DNA of 64,000 nt from positions 1-64,000 of the forward strand of contig JBFMAY010000010.1 in the NCBI GenBank assembly GCA_040755455.1. Reading direction: 5' to 3'. This DNA is from Thermodesulfobacteriota bacterium (GTDB taxonomy: Bacteria; Desulfobacterota; Desulfobulbia; Desulfobulbales; SURF-16). Numbering within the stretch: the first letter of the stretch is position 1; the number at the start of each line of letters is the position of its first letter. This document shows positions 60,531 through 64,000 of the stretch, in pieces. Below the pieces are notes generated by a model. It did no database searches, was not told the DNA's origin, and was given only the letters and a program-made list of their open reading frames with translations. Made by a program: the position numbers and the translations under genes.

Positions 60531-60630
60531 CCAGCCTGCCGGCACCTGGCAGCAAAGCATGGATCTGGCCCGGGATTCGTTCAGAATCCCGGGCCTCTAT
60601 TCCCTTCACTCATCCCATTCGCTCAATCAT

Positions 60631-61473
60631 ATGCTTCTCAACACCTTCATCCACATACCGGGCATAGGAGAAAAAACCGAAAAACAGATCTGGCAATCCG
60701 GCATTCATACCTGGGATCAATGGCACCCTCCCTTTCCGGCCAACCTGCCGCAGGCAAAAATCAAGCTCATCACTTTCCACCTGCAACAGTATCTTGAGCA
60801 GCAGGACGGCTCAGCCGCATTTTACGCAAAAATCCTGCAACCAATGCACCACTGGCGGCTTTTCCCGCATTTTCGAGAAAGAACGGCCTTTCTTGATATC
60901 GAAACAAACGGCATGGGTTTGGACCAGTGTGAAATCACCACCATTGCCCTTTACGATGGCCACGCCATCCGCACCTATATACAGGGCCGCAATCTGGAAC
61001 AATTTACCAGGGATATCGACGATTATGAGATTATTGTCACCTATAACGGCAAAAACTTTGATGTGCCGGTGATTGAATCATGCCTGCACACTCGGCTCAA
61101 CCAGGTGCATATTGATTTACGCCACATTCTGGCCAGGCTCGGATACAGGGGAGGACTGAAAGGCTGCGAACGACAGATGGGGATCAACAGGATGGAACTG
61201 GACGGAGTTGACGGATACTGGGCCGTGCTTCTCTGGCGGGAATTTGCCTGCCGCGGCAACGACAAAGCGCTGCAAACCCTGCTGGCCTACAATATTGCCG
61301 ATGCCGTCAACCTGGAACCCCTGCTGGTCCATGCCTATAATTTGCACATCGCCTCCACGCCCTTTGCCCTCAGCAACTACATTCCGCCGCCGGAGAGTCC
61401 TGCTCCGCCCTTTCATGCGGACCAGGAGATCATCACGCAAATCAGGAGGATGTTGCGCTTCCACTACAAATAG
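60631..61473 (+). CDS. YprB/RNase H-like (DEDD) exonuclease-domain protein
   Basis: HhH-like IPGIGEKTE, FLDIETNG, TYNGKNFDVP, HIDLR, GGLKGCE, YNIAD. Confidence 0.85.
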   Translation: MLLNTFIHIPGIGEKTEKQIWQSGIHTWDQWHPPFPANLPQAKIKLITFHLQQYLEQQDGSAAFYAKILQPMHHWRLFPHFRERTAFLDIETNGMGLDQCEITTIALYDGHAIRTYIQGRNLEQFTRDIDDYEIIVTYNGKNFDVPVIESCLHTRLNQVHIDLRHILARLGYRGGLKGCERQMGINRMELDGVDGYWAVLLWREFACRGNDKALQTLLAYNIADAVNLEPLLVHAYNLHIASTPFALSNYIPPPESPAPPFHADQEIITQIRRMLRFHYK

Positions 61474-61928
61474 ATAATGATGACCCCGCTTCTTTCCCGT
61501 TGCCCATTTTCCCATACATAGTTTCTGATTTCCTGATCAGTCTTCATTGCCTTTGCCATCCGTTCCACCAGGTCACGAAGAACAGGGAAACCTTGGGAAT
61601 GAATACCCTTGCCAGTGATGACGGCAACCGTCCTTAACCCTTTTCCCCTGGCTGTCATGAGAAAATTCGTTACTTTACCTTCGGCCTCGAGCCCAGTTAA
61701 GCCATGCAGATCCAAGTACTCCTGCGGAGGCGGACAAATCATTCTTTTGGCGGGTTGCCCTTCCCGTTGACTGTCCATCATCGCCAACGCGTCCCCGTCA
61801 AAAGATGAGGGATCAAACATTTCGGCAAATGACTGCTGTTCCATTTGCTGCAAATTACTGTCAAAATGAAAATCATCATCCGTTAGCAGCGGCAGACCGC
61901 TCTTGTGCCTTGTTATCTTCTTTTTCAT
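61464..61928 (-). CDS. Smr-domain protein
   Basis: LDLHGLT, VITGKGIHS, SGVIIIYL; start uncertain. Confidence 0.85.
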   Translation of the reverse strand: MKKKITRHKSGLPLLTDDDFHFDSNLQQMEQQSFAEMFDPSSFDGDALAMMDSQREGQPAKRMICPPPQEYLDLHGLTGLEAEGKVTNFLMTARGKGLRTVAVITGKGIHSQGFPVLRDLVERMAKAMKTDQEIRNYVWENGQRERSGVIIIYL

Positions 61929-62255
61929 GCCTGATCCGTGTGCCGGGGCAATAGCGTTTGTCGCCGGCAAAAGATTTACTGCTGAAGTGAACTCTTCACC
62001 TGCCTCTTTATAACCGCCAACTCAACTTGTTCGCTCAATAATTTAACTGGCAGGGCGATTTGCGCAAATTGTGCCGGGGAAATACCCGGTAGGCCATCGG
62101 TCAGATCATGTGCCACAAGTCCAGGGAAATTCCACTGTTTACGGAAGGGAAAAAAATTTAACAAGGAAAAGACAGAGCGGATACAAGGCTGTTAACATCA
62201 GGCAAAGATCACTCGCCCGGACACTTTAACAACCTGGAGAAAAAAACAACAGGGC

Positions 62256-62555
62256 TTAAAGGATGATCTGATCGATCGGCCCCTGATAGATGACTGGCGT
62301 AATGCCGCGACTTGCCACCGCCCTTTCCGCAGCCCTACTGATTCTCGCCATATACACCTTCTGGCAGTCCTGGATAATATCGGCGATCCAGTCACACATG
62401 TCCCGATCAAAGTAATCGACCAAAAGGGGCTCAGAAACCCTTTCTCCAACTAATTGCAAGCCGTTCCTGGTCTGCTCGTAGATCAAGAATCTCCTTGCCG
62501 TGCCAAAACGCTCGTTCACCACTTTTTTATCACTCGACACAATGGCTATCCGCAT
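62256..62555 (-). CDS. NifB/NifX (dinitrogenase FeMo-cofactor biosynthesis domain) family protein
   Basis: MRIAIVSSD..VNERFGTARRFLIYE, DC..V..RI, GITP; AGGAGG RBS. Confidence 0.8.
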   Translation of the reverse strand: MRIAIVSSDKKVVNERFGTARRFLIYEQTRNGLQLVGERVSEPLLVDYFDRDMCDWIADIIQDCQKVYMARISRAAERAVASRGITPVIYQGPIDQIIL

Positions 62556-62639
62556 ATCTCCTCCTTTATCCAGAGAGTTGACCGCCTAGGGCTAGGGACT
62601 GAAAATTCCCTTCCACATGGCATTGCTGCCAATGTTAAA

Positions 62640-62655
62640 TACAAGTTATATGCCA
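62640..62655 (-). promoter_or_regulatory. Possible sigma54 promoter of the NifX-like gene
   Basis: Minus strand TGGCATA-TAAC-TTGTA (C to T at -12). Confidence 0.4.
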
Positions 62656-62932
62656 CCTGCAGCCTTTTCCTCCCGCATGTCCACAACCAACCGTTTTCTC
62701 TTTAATAAAGTCGGATAGGCATCTGTACCCGTTACCGGAACAAATCAATTTTTTTCTACCCCAGATCTGTTGCATAATTCAATTTTTTGAACTTTTGCGC
62801 TTGACCGCCACTCGTATTGATAATAATGTTTTTTCATATTTCGACTTGGGTAAATTTTTCTCTGGGATCGCTCCCCCGGCAATGACAAAATGATCACCAG
62901 ACAACAGCGAGGGAAGACAATTGACAAACAAC

Positions 62933-63532
62933 ATGAATATCCCCGATGGTTATGTAAAAAAAGAAACTATGTGGCTTGTTGTATTGGCAGCGCTAGCTTT
63001 CGGTTTTCTGGCAGGAATTGTTTTCAGTGTTTACAAATCCGGCCCGGCCCCAGCCCCGGTCACCCAGCAGGCTGGCCAGCCGCAAAGTCAGACTCCGCCA
63101 GCTGACGCCAAGATGACCCAGACCATACTGGCCCTGGAAAAAGAGGTGATTGCCCATCCGGACAACATTGAAGCTTGGACCCAGCTGGGCAATCACTATT
63201 TTGACAGCGACAATCCCGGCAAGGCCATTGAGGCCTACAACAAATCACTTGCTTTAAGTCCAAATAATGCCGACGTGCTGACCGACCTGGGCGTCATGTA
63301 TCGCCGCAATGGCAGCCCCAACGAGGCGATTGCCGCCTTCGACCGGGCCATAGCGGTTGACACAAATCATGCCACCGCCCGGTTTAACCGCGGCATCGTC
63401 CAGCTCTATGACCTGAAAGACCGTGACGGAGCACTCCAGACATGGGAGGAGCTGGTGAAACTTCACCCGGACGCCAAGGCCCCCAATGGCCAGCTCGTCT
63501 CGGAAATCATCACAACGGTCAAAGCGCAGTAA
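62933..63532 (+). CDS. Membrane-anchored TPR protein
   Basis: N-terminal TM; TPRs AWTQLGNHYFD, VLTDLGVMYRR, ARFNRGIV. Confidence 0.85.
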   Translation: MNIPDGYVKKETMWLVVLAALAFGFLAGIVFSVYKSGPAPAPVTQQAGQPQSQTPPADAKMTQTILALEKEVIAHPDNIEAWTQLGNHYFDSDNPGKAIEAYNKSLALSPNNADVLTDLGVMYRRNGSPNEAIAAFDRAIAVDTNHATARFNRGIVQLYDLKDRDGALQTWEELVKLHPDAKAPNGQLVSEIITTVKAQ

Positions 63533-63557
63533 CCCTCCCTGTTAAGACCTCCTTTTC

Positions 63558-63587
63558 AAACCAGAGCAGCAGAGCTGCTCTGGTTTT
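63558..63587 (+). terminator. Intrinsic terminator
   Basis: AAACCAGAGCAGC-AGA-GCTGCTCTGGTTT-T. Confidence 0.75.
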
Positions 63588-63764
63588 CCCCACTCTTAAA
63601 AAAGTTTCCTAAACAGCCTGTTATTGCTATAGTAAAACATCGGGTAAGTGGCCAGCGTGGTCATTTTTCCGGCGAGGTGCCGCTCATGCCGGAATTTTGC
63701 TTCACCTCAACACATGACTATTCATGCACATTGTATTTCTTAATCAAACTACTGCGCCGAAGCT

Positions 63765-64000
63765 GTGAAATCACCTCGCCAATACCCGCTTTCATCACTT
63801 TTTGTCCTTGTGGCAGTCATGCTGACCGGCGCTTTTCTGCTGATGTCCACCCATTTCTATTTCCATCATCTTTTGACAAAGCTTGAAAAAACCGTTGCCA
63901 ACGAAAGGGCAAGACGGATCATCGTGGAGCAGATTGTCAGCGATCTGCAACAGGCAAGTGCCCAGTTTTACCAGATGCTTGCCGAGATGCGGCAGGAAAA
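63765..64000 (+). CDS. 5' part of a membrane sensor protein (truncated by window end)
   Basis: Open frame from GTG 63765 (not in ORF track): TM helix, then LEKTVANERARRIIVEQIVSDLQQ, colinear with the N-terminus of the kinase at 22948-25248. Confidence 0.7.
   Translation, partial: MKSPRQYPLSSLFVLVAVMLTGAFLLMSTHFYFHHLLTKLEKTVANERARRIIVEQIVSDLQQASAQFYQMLAEMRQE

Overview
Core-chromosome segment of a GC-moderate anaerobic bacterium. Gene content (MetV/MvhD/Hdr-type Fe-S proteins, rubrerythrin, polar flagellar cluster, GSIII, many sigma54 elements) suggests Desulfobacterota, probably Desulfobulbales; this is inference. Housekeeping genes: htpX, fabL, maf, kdsD, purF, cobO, hemY/hemG, an isolated dnaA, aconitase, tRNA-Arg(ACG). 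Also a fliL-to-cheY flagellar export/switch cluster and an amtB-glnB-glnD plus glutamine synthetase III nitrogen cluster. No transposase, integrase, prophage or CRISPR array was seen. Most interesting observations: (1) a J-domain protein with four MshEN-like repeats, translationally coupled to a membrane M48-TPR protease; (2) a candidate ~70-nt sigma54-driven sRNA or attenuator with an anti-Shine-Dalgarno tract; (3) a shared TATTACA-N4-TGTAATA operator upstream of amtB (inside a perfect 19-bp-arm palindrome) and glnA; (4) a minimal HdrC-ferredoxin/MvhD/MetV operon without hdrA, hdrB or metF; (5) an orphan NorQ/NorD-type pair; (6) an unusual 755-aa AAA+ ATPase beside the tRNA; (7) an apparent ~35-kb reversal of GC skew. 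All family calls come from motif recognition by eye; no searches were run.
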